This document shows, piece by piece, positions 47,981-57,504 of a stretch of DNA of 64,000 bases. Positions within the stretch are counted from its first letter, which is position 1. Each line of letters opens with the position of its first letter. The translations under genes and the position numbers were made by a program. The notes under the pieces were generated by a model. It was not told where the DNA came from. It worked only from the letters and a program-made list of their open reading frames with translations, and ran no database searches. This DNA is from an uncultured bacterium. GTDB taxonomy: Bacteria > Bacillota_I > Bacilli_A > RFN20 > CAG-826. The stretch covers positions 954 to 64,953 of the forward strand of contig CASFCI010000008.1 in the NCBI GenBank assembly GCA_949293175.1, read 5' to 3'.

Positions 47981-48577
47981 TTAATCTAGAGGGTTTTTAC
48001 TTTTGCAGATCCTAAGCGCCCCATAGGCCATAAGCCCGGAGGCCAGGAAGAGGCATATGGTGGACAGCAGCATCATGACGTCGAACTTCCCGTCATTCAC
48101 CAAATCCATGATCATGATGACGAAGTAGGCGACGATGACGTAGATCGCGTAGACGAAGCAGGACCAGCCGAAGATCTCGCCGAATATCCATTTGTGGAGG
48201 AACACGAACAGGAACCCGCAGAAGACGATCAAGGTCGCCGCCCCGGTGGCGATGGCGCTGACGATCCTATTGATGTCGGCTTGGACGCTGGGCATCGAGT
48301 ATTGCCCCATCACTACGAAGATGACGAGGGCCGGGGCGAGGGCGCGGATGGTTCCGGTTAGTCCCTTGGGCGAGAAGACCATGTAGCAGTAGAAGCCGAT
48401 GGCCGAGATAAGCACGATGAGGTCGACGACGAAGGTGATGATGCTCGCGACGTCTTTGCCTAGCGAAGGAACGCCTTTGGTGAACAGGTAGTAGAGAAGC
48501 AGCAGGAACCCAGAAATCAAGAAAGCGATGTGGGCATATGGAAGCGTCTTTTTGGTGGTGGATGAAGATTTGGCCAT
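47981..48577 (-). CDS. Polytopic membrane protein, unknown
   Basis: ORF with about 6 TM helices. Confidence 0.45.
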   Translation of the reverse strand: MAKSSSTTKKTLPYAHIAFLISGFLLLLYYLFTKGVPSLGKDVASIITFVVDLIVLISAIGFYCYMVFSPKGLTGTIRALAPALVIFVVMGQYSMPSVQADINRIVSAIATGAATLIVFCGFLFVFLHKWIFGEIFGWSCFVYAIYVIVAYFVIMIMDLVNDGKFDVMMLLSTICLFLASGLMAYGALRICKSKNPLD

Positions 48578-48676
48578 TAATTAGCCCTCCTTAACGAGGA
48601 CAATTATACTTCTCAGAACCGATTTGATAACCGCAAAGCGAAGTTTTTGGGCAACTATGCTAACATTGTCGGCGTT

Positions 48677-50212
48677 ATGGCGCTGCTAGAACTACAGGAA
48701 ATAGAATTCAATTATTCGGATAAGGAGCTGTATCGCAAGGTCAGCTTGCAGCTGAATAGCGGCGAGCACGCCTGCCTGGTCGGGGTAAACGGATCAGGCA
48801 AGAGCACCCTGCTTTCGATAATCGTCGGCGAGCTGCGCCCCGACAAGGGCAAGGTGACCTGGCAGCCCCACGTCAGCTATTCCTACCTCGACCAGCAGCT
48901 GAAGGTCGAGCAGGACATGGCGACCAACGACTACCTCTATGGCGTCTACGCCGACCTATTCGCCAAAGAGAAGCAGATGGAGCAGCTCTACGAGAAGGCC
49001 GCCTATGCCGAGCCCGGCTACGAGAAGCTGCTAGATAAGGCCGAACGGCTTGGCAACGAGCTGACGGATAAGGGCTTCTACTCACTTCAGGAGAAGGTCG
49101 GCAGATTAACCGATGGCCTAGGCTTCGACAAGGACATGCTCTCGCGCCCGCTTTCGAAGCTCAGCTCCGGGCAAAGGGAGAAGGCCTACCTCGCCAAGAT
49201 GCTGCTGCAGGAGAAGGACGTGCTCATCATGGACGAGCCGACCAACTTCCTAGATCAGGGACAGGTGGCTTGGCTTGCCAATTACCTAAACGACTACCCC
49301 AACGCATTCCTCGTAGTGAGCCACGACGAGGAGTTCCTCCGCAAGATCGCCAAGGTAGTATTCTGCCTCGAGAACAAGACATTGACCCGCTACAAAGGGG
49401 ATTTTGAGCATTACCTTGTCCAGCACGAGCTCGACAAGGAACAATACCAGAAGAACTATCTCGCCCAGCAGCGCTACATCAAGAAGGAAGAGGACTTCAT
49501 CGCCGCCCACATCGTGAGGGCCACCTCGGCTAAGGCCGCGAAGAGCCACCGGGCCCGACTCGCCCACCTCGAGGTGTTAGATGCCCCAGGCAAGGACGAG
49601 GGCAACGTGCATTTCGCCTTCCCCTTCACCCACGACGTCGGGATCAAGCCGCTACAAGTTGAGGAGCTTGAGATCGGCTATAACGGCGTGCCCCTGCTTC
49701 CGCCGATATCGTTCATCCTCAACAAAGGGGAGAAGATAGCGATATTGGGCCAGAACGGGGTTGGCAAAACCACTTTCCTCAAGACCATAATGGGAAAGCT
49801 CAAAGCCATATCCGGTTCGTATAAATGGCTTGAAGGCATCGACATAAACTACTTCGACCAGGACGAGAAGATCGACCTGAACATGACGCCTTTCGAATAC
49901 GTCAGGGCCCACTATCCCGATCTGGACAACACCAAGGTCAGGACGGCCCTGGCGGCGGTTGGGGTCAAGAAGGAATTGGCCCTTAGGAAGATGAAGGAGC
50001 TATCCGGCGGTGAGATGACCAAGGCGAGGTTCGCGGTCATGACGCTGCGCAAATCCAACTTCCTGATCTTCGACGAGCCGACCAACCACCTCGATCAAAA
50101 AGCGAAAGACTCGCTTTTCGAGGCCATCGAGAACTATCCCGGCGCGGTCATAATCGTAAGCCACGAGAAGGACTTCTACGACGGGCTGGTCGACTACGAG
50201 CTCAACTTCTAG
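48677..50212 (+). CDS. ABC-F family ATPase (two NBDs, no TMD). Either a translation factor or an ARE-type resistance protein.
   Basis: Two Walker A sites ('GVNGSGKST', 'GQNGVGKTT'). Two signatures ('LSSGQREK', 'LSGGEMTK'). Interdomain linker. Confidence 0.8.
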   Translation: MALLELQEIEFNYSDKELYRKVSLQLNSGEHACLVGVNGSGKSTLLSIIVGELRPDKGKVTWQPHVSYSYLDQQLKVEQDMATNDYLYGVYADLFAKEKQMEQLYEKAAYAEPGYEKLLDKAERLGNELTDKGFYSLQEKVGRLTDGLGFDKDMLSRPLSKLSSGQREKAYLAKMLLQEKDVLIMDEPTNFLDQGQVAWLANYLNDYPNAFLVVSHDEEFLRKIAKVVFCLENKTLTRYKGDFEHYLVQHELDKEQYQKNYLAQQRYIKKEEDFIAAHIVRATSAKAAKSHRARLAHLEVLDAPGKDEGNVHFAFPFTHDVGIKPLQVEELEIGYNGVPLLPPISFILNKGEKIAILGQNGVGKTTFLKTIMGKLKAISGSYKWLEGIDINYFDQDEKIDLNMTPFEYVRAHYPDLDNTKVRTALAAVGVKKELALRKMKELSGGEMTKARFAVMTLRKSNFLIFDEPTNHLDQKAKDSLFEAIENYPGAVIIVSHEKDFYDGLVDYELNF

Positions 50213-50757
50213 CCTATCGGCTCGGCCGCTTTGAAGCCGAAGAGGTACATGAATATCTTGAAGCCCATGGCACGGCGATAGTAGTCGTAGGCCGCGACGT
50301 CGGCGTTGTATAAGGCGACGGTCGTCCTGAAGAACCGCTCGAGGTCGGCGAAGGCGTTCTGCGAGTAGCGGAACTCCTCCGACTTGGTGGCCCATTTGTT
50401 CGACAGCGCCAAATACGAGAGGGCGGATTTGGCCCCGATTATCAGCGTGGCGTTGTACATGATTAGCCCCACCGCCTTCTTGTCGGAGCTCACCTGATTG
50501 AGGGCGGCCACCGTGTCGGCCTCCTGCTTCGAGTAGGTGACCGAGGCGGATTTGAAGATCGAGTCAATGGAAAGCAAGGTCGAGGCCATCTCCAGCTGTA
50601 TCAAGGAAAGCATCTCCCTCTTCCGCGACAGCGACCTCCGGAAATCAAGCGCCTTGGAAGTCACGTAGAAAAGGACTGCCAGATAGCAGAAAACCACGCA
50701 GGCCGCGATGAGCAGTATTACTTGATACGCTTGCATGGACGAGACTAAGGCTGGCAT
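50209..50757 (-). CDS. LemA-family membrane-anchored protein
   Basis: N-terminal TM. C-terminal 'YNADVAAYDYYRRAMGFKIF' LemA-like. Confidence 0.5.
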   Translation of the reverse strand: MPALVSSMQAYQVILLIAACVVFCYLAVLFYVTSKALDFRRSLSRKREMLSLIQLEMASTLLSIDSIFKSASVTYSKQEADTVAALNQVSSDKKAVGLIMYNATLIIGAKSALSYLALSNKWATKSEEFRYSQNAFADLERFFRTTVALYNADVAAYDYYRRAMGFKIFMYLFGFKAAEPIG

Positions 50758-50858
50758 AGGCGAAATTGTATTTCATTGGATGAGTTTTTCAACAAAAAGT
50801 GGTGAATTTGCAAGGCAAACTCTATTTATTTTATAATTGCCTCGAATGGGGAACGACG

Positions 50859-51698
50859 ATGAATAAGAAGCCTATCTGCGCAATACTCTACGATTTCGAC
50901 TCGACTTTGGCCATCACCGACATGCAGAACTTCGGCTTCATCCCGGCCATGGGGATGACCCCCGCGGAATTTTGGGGGAGAACGACGAAATTCTCGGAGG
51001 AATCCGGTTGTGAGAAAATCCTTTCCTACCTTTACACCATGATCGACGTGGCAAAGGAGAAAAACATCAAACTTACGCGCGAATTCCTGCAATCCTGCGG
51101 CAAACCGATCAAATTCTTCCCCGGCGTCTCCACCTGGTTCGAGCGGATCAACCGCTATGGCGAGGAGCATGGGGTCCGGGTCGAGCATTACCTGGTGAGC
51201 TCCGGCAATAAGGAGATAGTCGAAGGCTGCCAGATCGCGAAGGAATTCAAGATCATGTATGGCTGCGAGTACGTATACGACAAAGTCACCGGCGAGGCCA
51301 TCTGGCCGAAGCTCGCCATCAACTACACCCAGAAGACGCAGTACTTCTTCCGCATCAGCAAAGGCGTATACGACGCGACCGACGACGTCGGGGTCAACGA
51401 GAAGCGCCCGACCCGGCGGATACCTTATTCCAATATCATCTACATAGGCGACGGGATGACCGACATCCCCTCGATGATCATCGTCAAGAACAACGGGGGC
51501 AAGTCCATCGCCGTCTACCCCAAGGGCAAGGAGGACAAGGTCGCCAACCTGTTCGAGGATGAGCGCGTCAACTACGCCTGCCCCGCCGACTACTCCTCGG
51601 GGAAGATGCTCGAGAAGATACTCCAGCTCGTCATAGAGAACATCGCCATCAACGAAAGCCTCCGCTCCCACGAGAAGGAAAAGCTCTACGACGATTAA
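50859..51698 (+). CDS. HAD-superfamily hydrolase
   Basis: 'ILYDFDSTLA' (DxDxT). 'YIGDGMTD'. Confidence 0.7.
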   Translation: MNKKPICAILYDFDSTLAITDMQNFGFIPAMGMTPAEFWGRTTKFSEESGCEKILSYLYTMIDVAKEKNIKLTREFLQSCGKPIKFFPGVSTWFERINRYGEEHGVRVEHYLVSSGNKEIVEGCQIAKEFKIMYGCEYVYDKVTGEAIWPKLAINYTQKTQYFFRISKGVYDATDDVGVNEKRPTRRIPYSNIIYIGDGMTDIPSMIIVKNNGGKSIAVYPKGKEDKVANLFEDERVNYACPADYSSGKMLEKILQLVIENIAINESLRSHEKEKLYDD

Positions 51699-51732
51699 GT
51701 AAAACCTTTTCGGCCGATTTGGTTTACAATAT

Positions 51733-52413
51733 TTGCCTATGGCAAAGAAAGCGTTCGCCATATTGCCTTTGGGCGGTTCGGGGCAGAGATTCGGCTCCGA
51801 TAAGCCCAAGCAGCTGATCCCATTCAATGGGAAGCCGCTTTTCCGCTACGCCTTCGACGCCTTGGCCCACTCCGAGCTTATATCGACCATCGTCTTGCCC
51901 TGCCTTGAGGGGACGGTAGACGAGGTCGCCAGGTCGATAAACGGCTTTGATAACGGAAAGGACATCCTCTTCGTCAAAGGCGGGGATACCCGCTTCGAAT
52001 CGGTGCGCAACGGCGTGATGGCGCTGCCGGATGGAGGCTATGTCCTGATCTGCGATGGCGACCGCCCGTTCCTCAACGAGGACCTCATCGCGGATTGCCT
52101 TAGCCAAGCCAAGCTAACCGGCGGGGCCATCGCCGCCATACCCAGCTCCGACTCGCTACTTCAGATAGGCGAGGCGCCCCACTACGTCGACCGCAATTCA
52201 ATCATGCGGGTGCAGACGCCGCAGTGCTTCGACCTAGCCAAGCTAAAGGATGCCTACGCCAAAGCGGATGGGCGAAATTATTCAGACGAGGGATCGCTAT
52301 TCATGGCCGCCGGCTATAAGCTTTCGGTGTCGAAAGGCGACATCCGGAACATAAAGGTGGACACGCCCGCGCACGCCGCGCTATTCTTCGCCTTGGGAGA
52401 GAAAGATGAATAA
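51733..52413 (+). CDS. IspD/TarI-family cytidylyltransferase
   Basis: 'AILPLGGSGQRFGSDKPKQ'. 226 aa. Confidence 0.7.
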   Translation: MPMAKKAFAILPLGGSGQRFGSDKPKQLIPFNGKPLFRYAFDALAHSELISTIVLPCLEGTVDEVARSINGFDNGKDILFVKGGDTRFESVRNGVMALPDGGYVLICDGDRPFLNEDLIADCLSQAKLTGGAIAAIPSSDSLLQIGEAPHYVDRNSIMRVQTPQCFDLAKLKDAYAKADGRNYSDEGSLFMAAGYKLSVSKGDIRNIKVDTPAHAALFFALGEKDE

Positions 52414-52786
52414 GCTTCCAAAAGTCGGGGAGACATACATCGGGACCGTGGTCTCGGTCTATACCTCCTATGCCATAATGCTATTCGATGAGGGCTGGAC
52501 CGGGCTATTGCACATAAGCGAGGTCTCAACCTCATACATCAGGTCATTCGCTTCCTACATCACCATCGGAAGCATCTATAATGTGAAGGTCATCGCCGTA
52601 GACGAGAACTCTGGCCAGGTCAGGGTGTCGCTCAAGCAGATGACCAACTCCGAGAGGAGGAAGTCGTTCCGCCACTGCCCTGTGGACAGTCAGGACATCG
52701 ACTTCGCCCCGCTTGCGAAGATGCTCCCGCTTTGGATCGCGGAGGAAAACGAAGGAAAGGAAACAAAAGCAAATGATCAAGACTGA
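52406..52786 (+). CDS. S1 RNA-binding domain protein (YabR/GSP13-like)
   Basis: 'VGETYIGTVVSVYTSYAIMLFDEGWTGLLHISEV'. Confidence 0.65.
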   Translation: MNKLPKVGETYIGTVVSVYTSYAIMLFDEGWTGLLHISEVSTSYIRSFASYITIGSIYNVKVIAVDENSGQVRVSLKQMTNSERRKSFRHCPVDSQDIDFAPLAKMLPLWIAEENEGKETKANDQD

Positions 52787-54047
52787 TCTTAGCCACCTGC
52801 AGCTCAAGGAAACCGTCGAGAGCTACGCCGAGAAAGTGAAGTCGATCAACAAGATGATCGATGAGAAGACCGGGGAAGGGAACGACTTCCTAGGCTGGGC
52901 CGATTACCCGTACACCTACGACAAAGAGGAATTCGCCCGCATCAAGAAGGACGCCGAGTACATCAGGAACAACTTCGACATCCTCGTCGTCTGCGGAATC
53001 GGCGGATCCTATCTTGGCGCCAGGGCGGCCATCGATGCCCTAAACGGCATCCACCCGACCAACAAGGTCGAGATAATCTACATGGGCCAGACCTTCGCCG
53101 CGAGCTACGTCAAGCAGGTCCTCGATTACCTAAAGGGCAAGAAGTTCGCCATCAACGTCATCTCGAAGTCCGGCACCACCACCGAGACCGCCGTCGCCTT
53201 CCGGCTGCTGCGCGAGCTGCTCGAGAGCCAGGTTGGCAAGGAAGAAGCCGCCAAGGCCATCTTCGCCACCACCGACAAGGAAAAGGGCGCCCTGCTCGAG
53301 CTGTGCAAGAAATACGGCTATGAGCGCTATGTCCTCCCCGATGACGTCGGAGGCCGCTACTCGGTCTTCACCGCGGTCGGACTGCTCCCGATGGCCGTCG
53401 CCGGCATCGACATCGACGCCTTCATGGAGGGCGCCAAACAGGAGAAGGACGAGCTCGACAACGGCGAGATCAACGAAGCCTACAAGTACGCCGTCGCCCG
53501 CCACATCCTCTACAAGTCCGGCTACGCGGTCGAGATGTTCGTGACCTATGAGCCGCGCTTCGTCCAGCTGGGCGAATGGTGGAAGCAGCTCTTCGGCGAG
53601 TCCGAGGGCAAGGACGGGACCGGCCTATTGCCAGATTCCGCCACCTTCACCACTGACCTCCACTCGCTGGGGCAGTTCATCCAGCAGGGCTCAAAGGTCC
53701 TGTTCGAGTCGATCCTAAACATAGTCCACCCCGAAGAGGACGTCGCCATCCCCGGCGACCCGGACAACCTCGATGGCCTAAACTACCTCGAGGGCAAGAC
53801 GCTCGACTACGTTTCCAAGAAGGCGATGGAGGGCACCATCGACGCCCACGTCAACTCGGGCAAAGTCCCCAACATCGTCGTCGACGTCGAGAAGATGGAC
53901 GCCAAGCACCTGGGCGCGATAATGTACTTCTACATGAGGGCCTGCGCCATGTCGGCCTACCTCAATAAGATCAACCCGTTCAACCAGCCGGGCGTCGAGA
54001 TCTACAAGAAGAACATGTTCCACCTCCTTGGCAAGCCAGGGTATTGA
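52773..54047 (+). CDS. pgi: Glucose-6-phosphate isomerase
   Basis: 'VVCGIGGSYLGARAA', 'ISKSGTTTE', 'GGRYSVFTAVGLLP'. Confidence 0.9.
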   Translation: MIKTDLSHLQLKETVESYAEKVKSINKMIDEKTGEGNDFLGWADYPYTYDKEEFARIKKDAEYIRNNFDILVVCGIGGSYLGARAAIDALNGIHPTNKVEIIYMGQTFAASYVKQVLDYLKGKKFAINVISKSGTTTETAVAFRLLRELLESQVGKEEAAKAIFATTDKEKGALLELCKKYGYERYVLPDDVGGRYSVFTAVGLLPMAVAGIDIDAFMEGAKQEKDELDNGEINEAYKYAVARHILYKSGYAVEMFVTYEPRFVQLGEWWKQLFGESEGKDGTGLLPDSATFTTDLHSLGQFIQQGSKVLFESILNIVHPEEDVAIPGDPDNLDGLNYLEGKTLDYVSKKAMEGTIDAHVNSGKVPNIVVDVEKMDAKHLGAIMYFYMRACAMSAYLNKINPFNQPGVEIYKKNMFHLLGKPGY

Positions 54048-54049
54048 TA

Positions 54050-54082
54050 AGAGGCCGGGAAACCGGCCTTTTCTTTTCGCCG
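54050..54082 (+). terminator. Terminator after pgi
   Basis: ggccgg-gaaa-ccggcc followed by ttttctttt. Confidence 0.65.
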
Positions 54083-54174
54083 ATACATAAAAAAGCCATT
54101 GGCCTAAGGGCCAACTTGGCTATTGCTTCCTTGATTTAGTGTGATATATTTATCAAGCGCGTTTTGTGACCCGC

Positions 54175-54249
54175 GGATGCTTAGCTCAGCGGGAGAGCAT
54201 CGCCCTTACAAGGCGGGGGTCGCAGGTTCGAACCCTGCAGCATCCACCA
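54175..54249 (+). tRNA. tRNA-Val (anticodon TAC)
   Basis: Acceptor GGATGCT/AGCATCC. Anticodon loop CTTACAA. CCA encoded. Confidence 0.8.
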
Positions 54250-54275
54250 CATTCGGGCAGCGCGCAAGACAACGT

Positions 54276-54359
54276 GGGTGAATAGCGAAGTGGCCAAACG
54301 CGGCTGACTGTAAATCAGCTCCTTCGGGTTCGGTGGTTCAAATCCATCTTCACCCACCA
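54276..54359 (+). tRNA. tRNA-Tyr (anticodon GTA)
   Basis: Anticodon stem GCTGA/TCAGC. Loop CTGTAAA. Long variable arm. Confidence 0.8.
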
Positions 54360-54370
54360 TTTCTTTATCT

Positions 54371-54445
54371 TGGGGTGTAGCCAAGCGGTAAGGCAAGGGA
54401 CTTTGACTCCCTCATACGCTGGTCCGATCCCAGCCACCCCAGCCA
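54371..54445 (+). tRNA. tRNA-Gln (anticodon TTG)
   Basis: Acceptor TGGGGTG/CACCCCA. Anticodon loop CTTTGAC. Confidence 0.8.
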
Positions 54446-54450
54446 ACAGC

Positions 54451-54525
54451 CCTCCGTTAGCTCAGTGGTAGAGCACTTGACTTTTAATCAAGGGGTCGTG
54501 AGTTCGAGCCTCACACGGGGGACCA
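54451..54525 (+). tRNA. tRNA-Lys (anticodon TTT)
   Basis: Anticodon stem CTTGA/TCAAG. Loop CTTTTAA. Confidence 0.8.
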
Positions 54526-54539
54526 TCGGAATATAACTT

Positions 54540-54580
54540 GCCCCGATTCGCTTAAGCGGATCGGGTTTTTCTTTGTCCTT
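54540..54580 (+). terminator. Internal terminator between tRNA-Lys and tRNA-Leu
   Basis: cccgattcgc-ttaa-gcggatcggg followed by tttttcttt. Confidence 0.6.
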
Positions 54581-54624
54581 ATCCGATTTACCTACGTAGG
54601 CGATTGTGATAAATTCTTCCTGCT

Positions 54625-54710
54625 GCCCGAGTGGCGGAATGGTAGACGCAAGGGACTTAAAATCCCTCGGGGGCGACTCCATACCGGTTCGAGTCCGGTC
54701 TCGGGCACCA
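54625..54710 (+). tRNA. tRNA-Leu (anticodon TAA)
   Basis: Acceptor GCCCGAG/CTCGGGC. Anticodon loop CTTAAAA. Long variable arm. Confidence 0.85.
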
Positions 54711-54718
54711 TAATGCAA

Positions 54719-54765
54719 CAGGCCTGATGCTTAGTGGCATTCAGGCTTTTCTTTTTATTGCCGCG
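54719..54765 (+). terminator. Terminator after the tRNA cluster
   Basis: gcctgatgc...gcattcaggc followed by ttttcttttt. Confidence 0.6.
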
Positions 54766-54974
54766 ATAATCCAAAATCTTTTCTGATTTCCGATGCTTGC
54801 CCAGCGCGAGGCGGCTAGGTCGCACGCAATCCACCTTATTGGATTGGGCGCTATAGGAGGTTGGAAAAAGCAGCATTTATCCCTTCTTTCTCTTAAACTG
54901 CGCATATATTTCTAAACCCCGTTGACAATTTATGGTGCTAAGCGACAATCAAGCATTGGAAATGGAGACCCTTA

Positions 54975-57350
54975 ATGAATAAGAAAAACGTAGCCTTCGC
55001 TCTTGCGGCGTTATCGCTTGCACTCGTTTCTTGCAACCATCACTCTGATGGTTCCGCTTCGTCATCCGTGGAAACCGACCTAAGCTCAAACTCATCCTCC
55101 GACCAATCATCCACCCTGCCGGCGGAAGACCACAATCCGCTTAAGCAAGCCGCCTATGACTTCATATCCACCGCCAGCAAATCGGTGAACTACACATACG
55201 GATTAAAAGGCGAAGGGGGCGCGATCGTCTCCAAGGCCATAGTCACCCCGGATTACATCGCCTATCCCGAATCTGGCTCGGCCACGGTCGCCCTACCTTC
55301 CTACACCGGGGAGGGAAAAATCCTATATTCGGCCGAGAAAGTCGATGGGGCCTACGGAATTACCTCCGCCTTGACCTACACCGATCCGACGACTGGCGAG
55401 GTAAGCAGCTACGCCTCCATTTCCGAGCTGGATTATCTGGATCTGCTGCTCCGCTATGGGCTAAGCGCCGACTCGTTCACCTACCAAAGCGGGTATCTGC
55501 TAGTCGAGGACGCCAACCTCGTGACCATCTTGGCCACGATGTTTGGACTTTCCTCGTACGTCGATTACATCATGCGGATTTCCATTAGCTACGACCAGAC
55601 CGCGGGCAAGATGGAAGTCGGGTTCGTCTCGAACTTCAAAGACGATGGATCCGCCACGCAGATATTGGATGCGACCATCGGGGTCATAACCGGGGTCGGC
55701 ACCTCGGTCGATGAGGAGGTTGAGGGATTCGTCTACAACTACGCCCTGCCCGGGGATTCCTTGCCGGAATCTGCCTTGGGTTATCTAGATGCCGATCAAA
55801 TCACCTACAAAGCCGAGCTGAAGCTGTTCCTGGATGGCAACCTCTATTCGGATCTTTCCGACATGACGATGAGCATCGACTACGCATCCAAAAAGGCCAA
55901 GATCGTCGACCGCCTGACCGGGTATGAGGACACCAGCTATTACCTTACCGATGAGAGCGGCGTCGTCTACGAGACCTACATCGGGCCGGATGATAAGCTG
56001 AAGGAATCGACCACCGATACTTCGTTTGCCGACTTCGCCCCATCGCTCGCCCCGCTTATCGACCGCGAGGCGTTCCTGCAGACAGGCGAGAACACCTATT
56101 CGTATTTCGGCTATCTATACGACCACCTCGTCAAAGGGCTGACCCGTTACGAGGCCGGAATGGGCGTCGTCACCTCCATGACCGCCAAAACCGATGGCCA
56201 AGGCCGGCTAACCGAGATAACCGCCAGGTCGCGCGATGTATTGCTCATCGGGACCGGCACCTTCCATTACGAGATGAAGCTGACCTTCATGGACTATGAG
56301 CAGATCGGCGACATCGACGTATACAAAGACGAAGAGGACGTTACCATCAAAAACGCCTTCGCCCACTTCAATTCCGCCGACGGATACGAGCTGACCGCGT
56401 ATCGGGTCGATCAGCCATCCTTGACCAAGAAGGTCACCGTGATGGGCAACCTCGCCCTTTACGACACCGTCTCGATCGACCAGACCCCGGGTTCGGGAAA
56501 CGAGCAGATCCACATCTACGATGGATACGCGTTCCACGAAGGCGGGGTCGCCCCATTCAAAGTCGGTGAGGACGGCAAGGCCGCCTATTACGATGAGCCG
56601 GAAACCGGGTTCGCCTCAATCGACGATTTCCTGACCTATGACGATCTCGATCCAAAGGCCTTCTACCTAGACGGGGACACCATCAAGGCGCGCCCCGGCG
56701 TCAAAGGGCTGGCGGACACCCTGTTCTATGGGCCGAACGGCGATTTGATGATCGAGGGCAGCCTGCGCTTCAACCTAGACGTCAATTCCGGGACCATCGT
56801 CTCCTATGCCTACGACACCGACGGGCTTGGTGAGGAGGTAGTCGAGGTCTCCTACCGCGGGGTCAGCTTCCCATCGAATATCGACTTCTCCTCCCTCAAC
56901 AGCGTCTTCGTGCCGCCCGCAACCTGGAGAGAAGGCGTGCCCAACGTATACGAGGCCCTATGCGCGATAAGCTGGGTCGGCGAGGAATACGCCGATGAGG
57001 TCCCCTTCCTCTACGATGCCGTCTTAAACGATTACTGGTATCCGGGCAACTACGCCCCCGAAGACGGGATCCGTCCGTATATCGAGCTGAACATCGTCAA
57101 CAATTACTTCCTGACCGGGAACCAGTATAACGTCGACTACATGAACGACTACATCGACCTGTTGCTGGAAAAGGGCTTCACGGTTGGGGTTACCGAAGGG
57201 GTCGATCCCAACGTCTATTCCCCCTATGCGCGCTATGGGAAGGAAGGGCTGCCATTCGTGATCCAGGTCAATTCGCTTGGAGCCAACGGGATGCCGCAGA
57301 TATCGATAAAAGACGCGCTCTACTTCCCCTTCATCCCGCAAGGCGAATAA
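54975..57350 (+). CDS. Large surface lipoprotein (791 aa), unknown function
   Basis: Signal peptide plus lipobox 'LVSC'. Ser/Thr-rich stalk. Confidence 0.6.
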   Translation: MNKKNVAFALAALSLALVSCNHHSDGSASSSVETDLSSNSSSDQSSTLPAEDHNPLKQAAYDFISTASKSVNYTYGLKGEGGAIVSKAIVTPDYIAYPESGSATVALPSYTGEGKILYSAEKVDGAYGITSALTYTDPTTGEVSSYASISELDYLDLLLRYGLSADSFTYQSGYLLVEDANLVTILATMFGLSSYVDYIMRISISYDQTAGKMEVGFVSNFKDDGSATQILDATIGVITGVGTSVDEEVEGFVYNYALPGDSLPESALGYLDADQITYKAELKLFLDGNLYSDLSDMTMSIDYASKKAKIVDRLTGYEDTSYYLTDESGVVYETYIGPDDKLKESTTDTSFADFAPSLAPLIDREAFLQTGENTYSYFGYLYDHLVKGLTRYEAGMGVVTSMTAKTDGQGRLTEITARSRDVLLIGTGTFHYEMKLTFMDYEQIGDIDVYKDEEDVTIKNAFAHFNSADGYELTAYRVDQPSLTKKVTVMGNLALYDTVSIDQTPGSGNEQIHIYDGYAFHEGGVAPFKVGEDGKAAYYDEPETGFASIDDFLTYDDLDPKAFYLDGDTIKARPGVKGLADTLFYGPNGDLMIEGSLRFNLDVNSGTIVSYAYDTDGLGEEVVEVSYRGVSFPSNIDFSSLNSVFVPPATWREGVPNVYEALCAISWVGEEYADEVPFLYDAVLNDYWYPGNYAPEDGIRPYIELNIVNNYFLTGNQYNVDYMNDYIDLLLEKGFTVGVTEGVDPNVYSPYARYGKEGLPFVIQVNSLGANGMPQISIKDALYFPFIPQGE

Positions 57351-57504
57351 GCGAATCGCCACTATCCAAAAGGAGGTTTTCGCGCCTCCTTTTTTCGTAG
57401 AAAAGTCAGCAAAATTCTGAAACTTTTCATCGATTTCCTATTGCAAACGTTTGTCCCTAGCCTAATATGCCATCATCATCCCCGTTGGAACTTGGGAGGG
57501 CCTT

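Noticed and set aside
54181-54876. ORFs 54181-54396 (-), 54488-54718 (-) and 54592-54876 (-)
   Set aside because: They lie across the five-tRNA cluster and its terminators. They are non-coding.
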